Below, one piece after another: positions 8,811 to 16,837 of a DNA stretch of 49,897 bases. The DNA comes from Escherichia phage JLBYU19, in the sequence record OK272489.1; one strand, 5' to 3'. Made by a program: the position numbers and the translations under genes. Each line of letters starts with the position of its first letter. Position 1 is the stretch's first letter. Below the pieces are notes generated by a model, which saw only the letters and a program-made list of their open reading frames with translations, did not search any database and was not told where the DNA came from.

Positions 8811-10387
8811 CCCAGCAGTATTGGATTGACAAAAATAACACCATTAATCACACAAACATAATTTCTTTCTTCCAGCATTGGCAGCAAGTGCCCTTCTATC
8901 CTCTTCATTACGCCAGCCTGACCAACGAAAGGTTTTACCTTTCTCGCTGATTCGTACAGGGCGCGAATATTCAGGATCCCTTTGTTCGCCTTGCCGTGCC
9001 TCGTGATCAATTCAATCAATTTACCCATTTCAGCATCATCACCAGCATAACCAGAAGCATTGGCGGCGCTAATGTATGTTTTGCTCAATTCCTGAAACAT
9101 GATCAACGCCTCTTGCATTGTTTCCACGTCGATCTCTTTCGACTTCTGCGGGTATCCGGCAGGATTAAACCAGTTACGGATAACATGCAGGACGGAAGCA
9201 AGCCTGATCACCTGTTTATCCATTTTACCCAGCGCACCGCGTAACATTGTATGAGAATACTTTCCGCCGTCTGCAAGATGCGGTTCCATATCCTGGCGAG
9301 CAATGTTGAGCACTCGCATAGCTGAACGGCTTATTTTCAGCGATATATTTGATTCGCTCATGATGTTATGCACCAATTGATAATATTGGGCCTTCAATTC
9401 AGGATCCACCGCCTCATAGGTAGAATCACCATTTTCATCAATGAATGAGCGACGGCCTAAGAATGATTCCTCACGGACCAACAAAAAGCGCTCACTCACA
9501 CCGATACCGCGCGATCCAGCGTCCATGATTCCGCTTATCGTTTCATCCTGGGCTATAACGCTCATACATCCAAGCGCGCGAAAACTCATGTTATTGTCAG
9601 CATTAGCACGGGCAATTGATACGTGACCATTATCCCACGCCTTAAGCACTAGCTCGCTGTTAGTCTTCCTTTCGCTATTGGCATAGGTCAAGCCTAACAG
9701 GCTGTTAATACTTGTTGCTTCGTCAGATATTACGGCAAAGTTACCTTGCTTGTTGTTGATTTTCGCCAAGCCTTCTGGAGTTGTATCTGAAACAGGGAAA
9801 GTTATATCACACATCTTTTCCAGCTTCTCCTCCAGATCCTCTTTTTCCTGGTATAGAGATTCCATATCAGCGCCGGACCTTTCGCTTTTCATCTCCTTTG
9901 CAAGACCTGCCAACTTTGCCTGTATTTTCTTTCTTTCCTTGCGGCGTTGCTCGTTGATCTTCTCAACTTCCGCAATCATCGGAGCAATAGCCATGCTGTT
10001 GATCGCAGATTTACCAGTTGACGGCGGCTGGCTTGTAACGACGTAAAGCGCAGTCGGCTGATCTGTTCCGTGATAGTCAACCGTAAAGCGTCCAAGCATA
10101 GCGGCAGAAATGCAGCCGATAAAGTGCATGTAAGCCGATGATTCAGGGAATTGAACGGATCGCGCAATGCTGCGTGATAGCTTTCCGACAACATCAATAT
10201 CATTACCAAGAGAAATAACGGGGTAGCGATCGTGACCGCTATTTACATCCTTCACGTCGCCCCAAAAGCTGGACGACTGGCGATAGCCGTTAGCCTGAAT
10301 TGATACGCGAACTGGTGAAAGGTTCTGGCTTTCAGCCATAGCGATTATTTGCTGTGGAGTTAATTTGTTCGTTTCTAATGAAAACAT
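8807..10387 (-). CDS. putative replication-associated protein with P-loop-like motif
   Basis: 526 aa; PPSTGKSA P-loop-like segment, central charged coiled-coil; AAGGAG RBS; first gene after junction element 10441. Confidence 0.45.
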   Translation of the reverse strand: MFSLETNKLTPQQIIAMAESQNLSPVRVSIQANGYRQSSSFWGDVKDVNSGHDRYPVISLGNDIDVVGKLSRSIARSVQFPESSAYMHFIGCISAAMLGRFTVDYHGTDQPTALYVVTSQPPSTGKSAINSMAIAPMIAEVEKINEQRRKERKKIQAKLAGLAKEMKSERSGADMESLYQEKEDLEEKLEKMCDITFPVSDTTPEGLAKINNKQGNFAVISDEATSINSLLGLTYANSERKTNSELVLKAWDNGHVSIARANADNNMSFRALGCMSVIAQDETISGIMDAGSRGIGVSERFLLVREESFLGRRSFIDENGDSTYEAVDPELKAQYYQLVHNIMSESNISLKISRSAMRVLNIARQDMEPHLADGGKYSHTMLRGALGKMDKQVIRLASVLHVIRNWFNPAGYPQKSKEIDVETMQEALIMFQELSKTYISAANASGYAGDDAEMGKLIELITRHGKANKGILNIRALYESARKVKPFVGQAGVMKRIEGHLLPMLEERNYVCVINGVIFVNPILLG

Positions 10388-10440
10388 TCGTTAGCTTCTC
10401 CTTTGTGGGCCGTAAATTTTAACGGCCCAATACTACCCCG

Positions 10441-10460
10441 TTTTGTCAAAAAGTGCTATT
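10441..10460 (-). promoter_or_regulatory. conserved junction element (AATAGCACTTTTTGACAAAA on minus strand)
   Basis: TTGACA variant; TAAAAT 22 nt downstream inside GGGCCG/CGGCCC dyad; precedes 8807..10387. Confidence 0.6.
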
Positions 10461-10677
10461 TGATCCGCTCTATTGCAACCAGAAGTCGATCAGGCTGGAG
10501 GTCGCTGTAGCATTCTCCTGTAATCCCATCCTTAAACGTAAAGTAAAGCGCCTTATGATATGAAAAACCAATCAGCCAACCTACCGCCGTTTTTTTGATG
10601 GGCCTGACTATATCGCCAGGCTTGAAAGTCTTTGTGGTAGAATGCGTTACTTTGTAACGGTTCTCACTGTTTATCAC
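10456..10677 (-). CDS. hypothetical protein
   Basis: 73 aa; coupled to upstream ORF; stop inside junction element. Confidence 0.45.
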   Translation of the reverse strand: MINSENRYKVTHSTTKTFKPGDIVRPIKKTAVGWLIGFSYHKALYFTFKDGITGECYSDLQPDRLLVAIERIK

Positions 10678-11060
10678 AGATATTTGCCCTCAAACAGATA
10701 ACATCCGCCAGCAGAGAATCCGACCTCTTCACGGTACAGGTTCCAGCGGTCGCCGCACTCATCAAAAACATAACCCGCAACGCTTCCAAGCGGTCGCCCT
10801 TTCTCGATCTGGTATCGCTTGCCCTGCTTAAAGTGCTTTTTGCACGGCATGTTATGATCTACAAACGTGCAAAGAACGGTTTTTGTGTTAATGGTGCGGT
10901 AATCATCTCGGTTTGCTGGAAGCCAACGGCTACCCTTAACAAGCGTCTTAACCTGGAACTCTTCCATCTCGATCACATCATTACTTCCTGCAATATTCTG
11001 ATAAACCGTTTTAAAACGGCCTTTCATCAATACGTTGGTTTCATTACAGATAACATTCAT
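10674..11060 (-). CDS. hypothetical protein
   Basis: 128 aa; AAGGAG RBS; first ORF after junction element 11115. Confidence 0.5.
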   Translation of the reverse strand: MNVICNETNVLMKGRFKTVYQNIAGSNDVIEMEEFQVKTLVKGSRWLPANRDDYRTINTKTVLCTFVDHNMPCKKHFKQGKRYQIEKGRPLGSVAGYVFDECGDRWNLYREEVGFSAGGCYLFEGKYL

Positions 11061-11114
11061 GATTAGATCTCCTTTGTTTGTTCGATGTGATTATGCCAGG
11101 TTTTTACACCTGGC

Positions 11115-11134
11115 TTTTAACAAAAAGTGCTATT
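11115..11134 (-). promoter_or_regulatory. conserved junction element (minus strand)
   Basis: exact consensus on minus strand; stop of upstream gene embedded; CATAAT 22 nt downstream. Confidence 0.6.
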
Positions 11135-11816
11135 TTGAGTTTGACTCAAAGACGGCGCGAGCAAATCCGCGCGGAGTGAGGGAGCGTAGTTGCTTTGTTC
11201 TGGCAGACTTACCGCCTAAAAACTTCCAACCCCAAAAGAACATTACGCCCTCATCATTGGATAACGGCTTGCGTTCCGGTTCGGTAAATCCGTTGCCGCA
11301 CCAGATAGCCGTCCTTTTAGTGTAGCCATCCTTTAGCGGCATTTTGGGGTGAAATGACCCATCGGATTCGTCCAAGTAGTTACCAAAATCGCGCGGATTG
11401 AAATAAAAATCCGGCTTGCGCCATAGCGTTGATAGTCGGCCTACCGGATTCTCAGCCATCCAGGGAACACCGAAATGATTTCCGACTTTTTCAACCATGA
11501 TTGCATTTTGGAGCGCGATATGAATATCGTCTTCGCTGCGCACATGCTTACTTCCTGATTGGGCGAACATGGTGCAGTCTGGAAAGCCAAATACAATATC
11601 AGGTTTTGGAATATCCATCTTAATGACGTTTTCAATGAAATTTTCATCAATCCACATATTCACATAATGCAGATTTTCATGCTTCATTTTGATGAAATAT
11701 TCTCCGTGATTGCCTTCGTCAGCGTTAAAGCAATAGCATTGATAACCAGCCTTCGCATATTCAAGCAACATGATTCCAGATCCATCAAACATTGAGTAAG
11801 CAACTTTATTTCCCAT
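11130..11816 (-). CDS. C5-cytosine DNA methyltransferase-like protein (short form)
   Basis: 228 aa from ATG 11816; FDGSG (motif I-like), GFPDCTMFAQSG (PC motif IV-like), ENP (motif VI-like); no obvious target-recognition domain; start ambiguous (11816/11840/11876). Confidence 0.5.
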   Translation of the reverse strand: MGNKVAYSMFDGSGIMLLEYAKAGYQCYCFNADEGNHGEYFIKMKHENLHYVNMWIDENFIENVIKMDIPKPDIVFGFPDCTMFAQSGSKHVRSEDDIHIALQNAIMVEKVGNHFGVPWMAENPVGRLSTLWRKPDFYFNPRDFGNYLDESDGSFHPKMPLKDGYTKRTAIWCGNGFTEPERKPLSNDEGVMFFWGWKFLGGKSARTKQLRSLTPRGFARAVFESNSK

Positions 11817-12333
11817 GATTTTTATGATACCCCAATTCATTCTCGGCTTTACGTTTTGCGGCAACAGCATCTCCAAAACTGGAGAAACAACCTATATAAA
11901 TCCTACTTCCTCGCTTTCCGCTTCCAACCCTTACAATCCACTTGCCATGTTTATTTTTATGCACACCTGGCATGCCACTTGTATTGTTTTTCTGCTTTGA
12001 TGTGTTTCGCATATTTCCTTTGTGATCTTTTAACTCAAAGTTTATTGCTCTGTTATCAGTCGTAATGTGATTTACGTGATCAACCTCCATTCCTTCCGGT
12101 ATAGGCCCATAGTGCATTTCATAGCATATTCTATGAACTTTCAGGTTATAACGTTTTCCGTTTACAGTAAGTGCGGTTTCTAAATATCTGCCACCACTAC
12201 CCAAAGAGCCAACCTCATTACCAGCATTACAAGCATTCCATTGTTTAACTCTTGATTGGTGAATATCTTTTCTTTCTTTCCAGAACAGCTTTCCGGTTTC
12301 TGGATTGTATGTAAAGTAATCGTGCCAATTCAT
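11806..12333 (-). CDS. HNH homing endonuclease with AP2-type DNA-binding domain
   Basis: 175 aa; HNH motif EVDHVNHITTDNRAINFEL; C-terminal AP2-like GVHKNKHGKWIVRV...YIGCF; GAGGT RBS. Confidence 0.75.
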   Translation of the reverse strand: MNWHDYFTYNPETGKLFWKERKDIHQSRVKQWNACNAGNEVGSLGSGGRYLETALTVNGKRYNLKVHRICYEMHYGPIPEGMEVDHVNHITTDNRAINFELKDHKGNMRNTSKQKNNTSGMPGVHKNKHGKWIVRVGSGKRGSRIYIGCFSSFGDAVAAKRKAENELGYHKNHGK

Positions 12334-12341
12334 TCATTACC

Positions 12342-12566
12342 TCAAAACGGAAAACAGCGCGGACAACCAGGATCGAAATCGCATCCACAATCATTAACAA
12401 TCATATTGGGATCTGCAAATATTGCGCTTGATTCAAGATCCATATCCATATCACCTAAAGCCTCATCAAGAGTCTTAATTTTATATGCCACTTCAAGCGC
12501 CGCCTCTTTATTTAGTCCGGCATCTTCTGCCATTTGAAGGCGCTCAAAAAAACCGTCCTGACTCAT
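12342..12566 (-). CDS. hypothetical acidic Cys-cluster protein
   Basis: 74 aa, strongly acidic, C-terminal CGCDFDPGCPRC. Confidence 0.45.
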   Translation of the reverse strand: MSQDGFFERLQMAEDAGLNKEAALEVAYKIKTLDEALGDMDMDLESSAIFADPNMIVNDCGCDFDPGCPRCFPF

Positions 12567-12679
12567 CGCATAATCTCCTTAATAACAACCAAGATAATAG
12601 CCAGGCCAGCAGCAGTAACCAAAAAGCCAGCCGCGCCAATAATCGAATAAAAAAAGAAATCAATAGCTTTATCCATCAT
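12563..12679 (-). CDS. hypothetical small membrane protein (not in ORF track)
   Basis: 38 codons MMDKAIDFFFYSIIGAAGFLVTAAGLAIILVVIKEIMR; GAGGTGA RBS; stop overlaps next start (ATGA). Confidence 0.4.
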   Translation of the reverse strand: MMDKAIDFFFYSIIGAAGFLVTAAGLAIILVVIKEIMR

Positions 12680-12689
12680 TTTTCACCTC

Positions 12690-12714
12690 ATTTAAAAGGC
12701 GGCAAAACGCCGCC
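12690..12714 (-). terminator. intrinsic terminator (minus strand)
   Basis: GGCGGC-aaaa-CGCCGCC stem followed on minus strand by TTTTAAA. Confidence 0.5.
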
Positions 12715-12721
12715 AGATTAA

Positions 12722-12949
12722 TTAAAGAGCGCGCCAACTTTGAATATAGAAAGCGTTTTCTTCCAGTAATTCTTTTAACTGATCTTTATTGTATTTGCGC
12801 ACCTTACCGCCTGGATGGATACCAATAAGATAGCCGCCTTTGCCCTCGGTGATAGTGATTTGGCTAATTCCGCAGGACTTATCAAGTTTTACAGCCACGC
12901 GGTGATGAGCGTCAATAGTTGCCATAATGTTTAAAACTTTTGCTTTCAT
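12722..12949 (-). CDS. hypothetical protein
   Basis: 75 aa ORF followed by intrinsic terminator 12690-12714. Confidence 0.45.
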   Translation of the reverse strand: MKAKVLNIMATIDAHHRVAVKLDKSCGISQITITEGKGGYLIGIHPGGKVRKYNKDQLKELLEENAFYIQSWRAL

Positions 12950-13057
12950 TTAAATATCCTCAATTGAAATATGAATGACGTGGCGCTCTTTTTCCGTCGC
13001 CGCCGTAATGGTCATTTGCAACCGCTACCATCCAGGCATTTTTGAAAATAAATAGCC

Positions 13058-13270
13058 TCATTTCTTATTTTTTAGCTTAAATTTATGACCTGGAACACCA
13101 GCGCCAATATACCCATCGTTGTATTCCATTAAATAAAGGTGAAGACCATTATCTGAAATTAAATGAGGATCTTCTTTGATATTTCCCATTAGCGGGTATT
13201 CTTTTCCGCGCGTAAATTTCCAAATTGAGTTATAAGTTTCTACGCATTTAAGTTTTAATTGCTTTGCCAT
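13058..13270 (-). CDS. hypothetical protein
   Basis: 70 aa ORF in co-directional early array. Confidence 0.4.
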   Translation of the reverse strand: MAKQLKLKCVETYNSIWKFTRGKEYPLMGNIKEDPHLISDNGLHLYLMEYNDGYIGAGVPGHKFKLKNKK

Positions 13271-13551
13271 TATGCGATCCCAGTTACGTTAAAACTTACA
13301 GCCCTTGTTGCGCTAAATACATAAGCATCAACAGCGCCGCCAAATACACGAATTTTACCCTGGCCGTACTGCGCATTCATATTTCGCCAAACCGTTCTAT
13401 TAGAGCAGAATGCGCTACCAGTCTTAATAAGCGTATCCATCTCTTTTCTTAGATCGCGATAGTCAAGCCAGAATCTAAAGGCACGCTGTTTAATTCGCGC
13501 CGCCTTGATTTTTTCTCTTGCGCTATTGAAATCATTCTTTTCGTATGCCAT
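13270..13551 (-). CDS. hypothetical protein
   Basis: 93 aa, basic; single-nucleotide stop/start overlaps with neighbours. Confidence 0.45.
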   Translation of the reverse strand: MAYEKNDFNSAREKIKAARIKQRAFRFWLDYRDLRKEMDTLIKTGSAFCSNRTVWRNMNAQYGQGKIRVFGGAVDAYVFSATRAVSFNVTGIA

Positions 13552-13748
13552 TAAATGATCTCCATGTATGTTTCAAAGCCATTTAACTTGAACAGGCCGT
13601 TTTCACATTTGCGCACGTTCCAAGTTAGCCCTGAGTGGTACGCCTCCATATCATCAAGGTCAATGGTGATTTCAGCACCTTTCTTAAACAAGCCTTTTTC
13701 GTGAGACTTGTCGCGCTTAACAACTTTAACATCAACCTGATTTTCCAT
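13551..13748 (-). CDS. hypothetical protein
   Basis: 65 aa from ATG 13748 (GAGGA RBS), directly downstream of junction element 13805. Confidence 0.5.
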   Translation of the reverse strand: MENQVDVKVVKRDKSHEKGLFKKGAEITIDLDDMEAYHSGLTWNVRKCENGLFKLNGFETYMEII

Positions 13749-13804
13749 CTTTAAATCCTCGCTTGTTGTCGATGGGTGTAATATACCATTCAGGCGCACA
13801 TCGT

Positions 13805-13824
13805 TTTTAACAAAAAGTGCTATT
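13805..13824 (-). promoter_or_regulatory. conserved junction element (minus strand)
   Basis: exact consensus; TATATT 22 nt downstream; conserved leader shared with copies at 14311 and 15615. Confidence 0.6.
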
Positions 13825-14110
13825 CAACAACTTTTCCAGTTAAAGAGATAAGTTGCCTTGTAATCTTGTGGCGGCGATACTTACGCGCAACAACAGGAAG
13901 GCTTTCACCGCTTTGATGGCCAAAGCAGATCGGCAATTCACCTTCAAGGGAGCGGAAGCCACCAAATTCAAGATCCCGCACTGGCTTCGTGCGCCAGGCT
14001 TCAATAAATCCGCGCTCGTCACGAGTGATATAGCGGTATATGTTCGGGAGGGGCAATTGTATCCCCTCAAAATCCACGGTATCGGTATAGCTATAAAACT
14101 TAGAACTCAT
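13820..14110 (-). CDS. hypothetical protein
   Basis: 96 aa from ATG 14110; stop inside junction element; track N-terminal extension to 14161 rejected. Confidence 0.45.
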   Translation of the reverse strand: MSSKFYSYTDTVDFEGIQLPLPNIYRYITRDERGFIEAWRTKPVRDLEFGGFRSLEGELPICFGHQSGESLPVVARKYRRHKITRQLISLTGKVVE

Positions 14111-14252
14111 AGTCAACAACTCCAAACTCATTGACGATTTGGGCCTTGTAGAAGCCGCCATTTTTCGCCAGGTTGTAACAAGCGGCTACGGTTTCAAATT
14201 CGCGCGCTTCCGGCTGGCTGTTTTCGTGTTCCCAGGTAATCAGAGTAACCAT
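14100..14252 (-). CDS. hypothetical small protein (not in ORF track)
   Basis: 50 codons; GAGGA RBS; first ORF after junction element 14311; overlaps next start by 11 nt. Confidence 0.4.
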   Translation of the reverse strand: MVTLITWEHENSQPEAREFETVAACYNLAKNGGFYKAQIVNEFGVVDYEF

Positions 14253-14310
14253 TTTCAAATCCTCGCATTCGTTGTCGATGCGTGTAATGTACAGGAATGC
14301 GAGGATTGAG

Positions 14311-14330
14311 TTTTAACAAAAAGTGCTATT
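14311..14330 (-). promoter_or_regulatory. conserved junction element (minus strand)
   Basis: exact consensus; TACATT 22 nt downstream. Confidence 0.6.
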
Positions 14331-14593
14331 TAGTCCAGGAATTCGATTTCACGCTCTCCAGTTAACGGATCTACAAGCCAGAATCCGAGCGGTTCGTCGC
14401 GAACACCTTCATAGAATCCAAGCGCCGCCAGATCTTCACCTTTAACGAATACCAGGTTTCCGCTACGGCTTACGTGAGAAACGTTAACGATAACCGGAAA
14501 TGTGCGATCCTTAAATGCAGGCCGCAGGGCGTAACATCCGTTGTTGAGCAAACGTGCTTTGCGCTTAACTGGAATAGGTGCATTAATTTTCAT
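14330..14593 (-). CDS. hypothetical protein
   Basis: 87 aa; AAGGAG RBS; stop adjacent to junction element. Confidence 0.5.
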   Translation of the reverse strand: MKINAPIPVKRKARLLNNGCYALRPAFKDRTFPVIVNVSHVSRSGNLVFVKGEDLAALGFYEGVRDEPLGFWLVDPLTGEREIEFLD

Positions 14594-14605
14594 GGTTATT
14601 ACTCC

Positions 14606-14818
14606 TTATCGTAAAGATTTAAAGACGTATAGTTTATTGCGGTAACTATATATCCGCATTGTTATTTCTCGCAGTGCAATATATTCCTTCCTGTTTTCCG
14701 GCAGACTGGCGAGCAATAACAGGCAGTATTTATAAGCGCGGTCAAGATTCCTTTCCGTGCCCCTGCAATATCCCTTGTTGCGCCTGGAGCGGTACAGCCA
14801 TAACAATTTCTTGAACAT
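14606..14818 (-). CDS. hypothetical protein (uncertain)
   Basis: 70 aa Arg-rich ORF from ATG 14818, 2 nt after upstream stop; no clear RBS. Confidence 0.25.
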   Translation of the reverse strand: MFKKLLWLYRSRRNKGYCRGTERNLDRAYKYCLLLLASLPENRKEYIALREITMRIYSYRNKLYVFKSLR

Positions 14819-14819
14819 T

Positions 14820-15029
14820 TCAGATACGCCCATACAGATCACAGACTTCGTTGATAAAATTGCTTTGCGCCCCTTTGTTGTCACGCTCAAGAATTGCGCG
14901 GCATTCAAACTTATGATTATGCACGATGACTACAACCATGTTTTCAGGCATTGAGCGGTTATAGCGTTGCGCATCAGTGATTAAAACATCCATACCCATC
15001 TCATGTGCTTTCTTGATCACATCCAACAT
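14820..15029 (-). CDS. hypothetical protein (paralog of 15017..15283)
   Basis: 69 aa from ATG 15029 (AGGAG RBS); C-terminal NFINEVCDLYG resembles DFINDVCLLQ of neighbour. Confidence 0.45.
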   Translation of the reverse strand: MLDVIKKAHEMGMDVLITDAQRYNRSMPENMVVVIVHNHKFECRAILERDNKGAQSNFINEVCDLYGRI

Positions 15030-15283
15030 TTTTTCTTCTCCTGCAATAAGCAAACATCATTGATAAAATCAGCACGGCCCTTAATGTTGCTGATGTGGAA
15101 CGTCTTTTCAGCGTACAGGCCATCACCTTCAATCACGATCATTACGCGAGTCGGTTTATTCACGGTCGCACACGAAAAGAGTGGTCGCACCGGAAGAAAT
15201 TTAGTAGCCACACCCAGGTTAGCCCTGGCGGCCCTGCAAAATGCCTCCGCCAGATCCAAATCATTTTCGGTAATCACCGCCAT
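15017..15283 (-). CDS. hypothetical protein (paralog of 14820..15029)
   Basis: 88 aa; GAGGAG RBS. Confidence 0.45.
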   Translation of the reverse strand: MAVITENDLDLAEAFCRAARANLGVATKFLPVRPLFSCATVNKPTRVMIVIEGDGLYAEKTFHISNIKGRADFINDVCLLQEKKKCWM

Positions 15284-15555
15284 TACTTCTTGATCTCCTC
15301 ACTGATAAATTTCAGCACCTGACGCAAGAAAACCTCGTTGTTGATAGTCGCTGGCAATTCTTCTTTCACTTCTTGCGGCAGATAGATATTGCCGTGCCAG
15401 GTCAAGCAATCGTAGTTGATACGATAAGAGCAAAGCCACTCGCAATCGTTATCTGCTTCCCAAATGCAGAGTTGCAGAACATCGCCAAAATCTTCAACAG
15501 TCAGATCCAGACCGTGACGCTTAGCGAAATTGAAAGTGGTTTTGCTGATGTTCAT
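15283..15555 (-). CDS. hypothetical protein
   Basis: 90 aa; AGGAG RBS; first gene after junction element 15615. Confidence 0.5.
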   Translation of the reverse strand: MNISKTTFNFAKRHGLDLTVEDFGDVLQLCIWEADNDCEWLCSYRINYDCLTWHGNIYLPQEVKEELPATINNEVFLRQVLKFISEEIKK

Positions 15556-15614
15556 TGCTATCTCCTGAGCGGTTCGTTTCGATGTGTGTAATGTACCCGA
15601 TCAGACGGCCTGAG

Positions 15615-15634
15615 TTTTAACAAAAAGTGCTATT
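15615..15634 (-). promoter_or_regulatory. conserved junction element (minus strand)
   Basis: exact consensus; TACATT 22 nt downstream; faces away from AT-rich control region. Confidence 0.6.
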
Positions 15635-15663
15635 TGACGGTTAGCGCCAGGATTGTGATCGAA

Positions 15664-15753
15664 ATAATCAGAAGTAATCATTCGTAATCAAATCACGTCA
15701 AAATGATGATTGCCTTTGCAAATTTGATGAGAAAAGTAATCACGTTTAATCAT
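15664..15753. repeat. iteron-like short direct repeats (A/G)TAATCA
   Basis: ATAATCA 15665, GTAATCA 15674, GTAATCA 15684, GTAATCA 15736, TTAATCA 15747; first three spaced 9-10 bp. Confidence 0.5.
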
Positions 15754-15936
15754 TGGTTGCAGGGGAGATAGTGAAACCTTCCCCTCTTGCCTCACTTTTC
15801 CGCCTGGCTGTCAGTGGTTGTTGTCTTTTGTTCACCCCTGTTACCGATTTCAGGCGGCGTGTTTCCGCGCGGTTTTCCGGTGTAGCGAAAACGGAAAAAA
15901 CAAAAAAAATCCTATATAATACATTGAAAATAAAGA

Positions 15937-16075
15937 TTATTTATTTATATATATCTATAATGTTTTCTTTTTGTTCTCACTGTTACAGTGCTTTTTGTTG
16001 GGTGTGGTGTGGTTGTGTGTTGGTATATATGGATAGTTGCGCGCGCGGCGGATTGCATATGTATATATACTTTTT
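15937..16075. repeat. AT/GT-rich block homologous to 43926-44060
   Basis: TTATTTATTTAT(A/G)TAT... then TTGTTTT(C/T)TT.., GT-rich GGTGTGGTGTGG, ATGTATATATAC; same order in both copies. Confidence 0.55.
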
Positions 16076-16188
16076 CCGGCGGATTGCGTTAACAGCGTGA
16101 ACAGAAAAATAACAGCCCTGAAATCAACAACTTGCGCATGATTTTGTAGTTTTTCGATATTGGTAACGTTTTGAATACAACAAAAACA

Positions 16189-16216
16189 TTGACACGCACC
16201 AAATAGCTTTTATAAT
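16189..16216 (+). promoter_or_regulatory. sigma70-type promoter (consensus hexamers)
   Basis: TTGACA 16189-16194, 16-nt spacer, TATAAT 16211-16216; 32 nt upstream of ATG 16248. Confidence 0.6.
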
Positions 16217-16247
16217 GCGCCAACAGTCAACAACTGGAGGAAAGGAA

Positions 16248-16712
16248 ATGGAACAGAAGACCACTAAGGACTATTGCGATTGGCTTCGCGAGCTTGGTCG
16301 CCGCATGGCTAGTGGCGATATTGAAGAGTATAAAATGTCACTAATTGACCTGGCCGGAATGTTAAGCGGTGACGACTGCTACAAGATCACGCGCAGTTCA
16401 TCCTACAGCCGGACCATTATCAACCGCGTTCCAGAAGTAAGGGCCGCAGGTCGGGTAAGTATCAAGGTCGAGGAAACGGAAGATGATAAATTTTACGTTT
16501 TCCGCATGGTGCGCGAATCAAAAAGGAAAATCATCACACCCGAAGAATTGCCAGCAATCAAGGCAAGGGCGATCAAAAAGTTTGCCGATCGCTTACTGGC
16601 AGCAATCCCGAACATCGTTGACCTGGAAGGGGATAAACTGGCTGGAGCTTGTGAGGGCGTAAGCCGCTACCAGGATATGATCCGCGAAATCATCAAAGAG
16701 GAGGAGCAATAA
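16248..16712 (+). CDS. hypothetical early protein
   Basis: 154 aa from ATG 16248 (GGAGGAAAGG RBS), directly downstream of consensus sigma70-type promoter. Confidence 0.5.
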   Translation: MEQKTTKDYCDWLRELGRRMASGDIEEYKMSLIDLAGMLSGDDCYKITRSSSYSRTIINRVPEVRAAGRVSIKVEETEDDKFYVFRMVRESKRKIITPEELPAIKARAIKKFADRLLAAIPNIVDLEGDKLAGACEGVSRYQDMIREIIKEEEQ

Positions 16713-16837
16713 TGAAAAAGGCATTAATCGGCGTTTTGGCGGCAATGACACTCCTGAACGGCGGCGAAGGCACTAAGGTTATGGCACACGCTATGGTAAT
16801 GGCTGAATTTGAGGAAGTGAAAGATGAAAACAAATAA
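16712..16837 (+). CDS. hypothetical small protein (not in ORF track)
   Basis: 41 codons with hydrophobic N-terminus; GAGGAGG RBS. Confidence 0.3.
   Translation: MKKALIGVLAAMTLLNGGEGTKVMAHAMVMAEFEEVKDENK

Noticed and set aside
13820-14161. N-terminal extensions of track ORFs (13820..14161 to 14161, 14606..14908 to 14908, 5467..6732 from 5467, 16215..16712 from 16215 and similar)
   Set aside because: Extensions begin at non-ATG or unsupported codons, overlap promoters or neighbouring genes, and internal ATGs with Shine-Dalgarno sequences give better starts.
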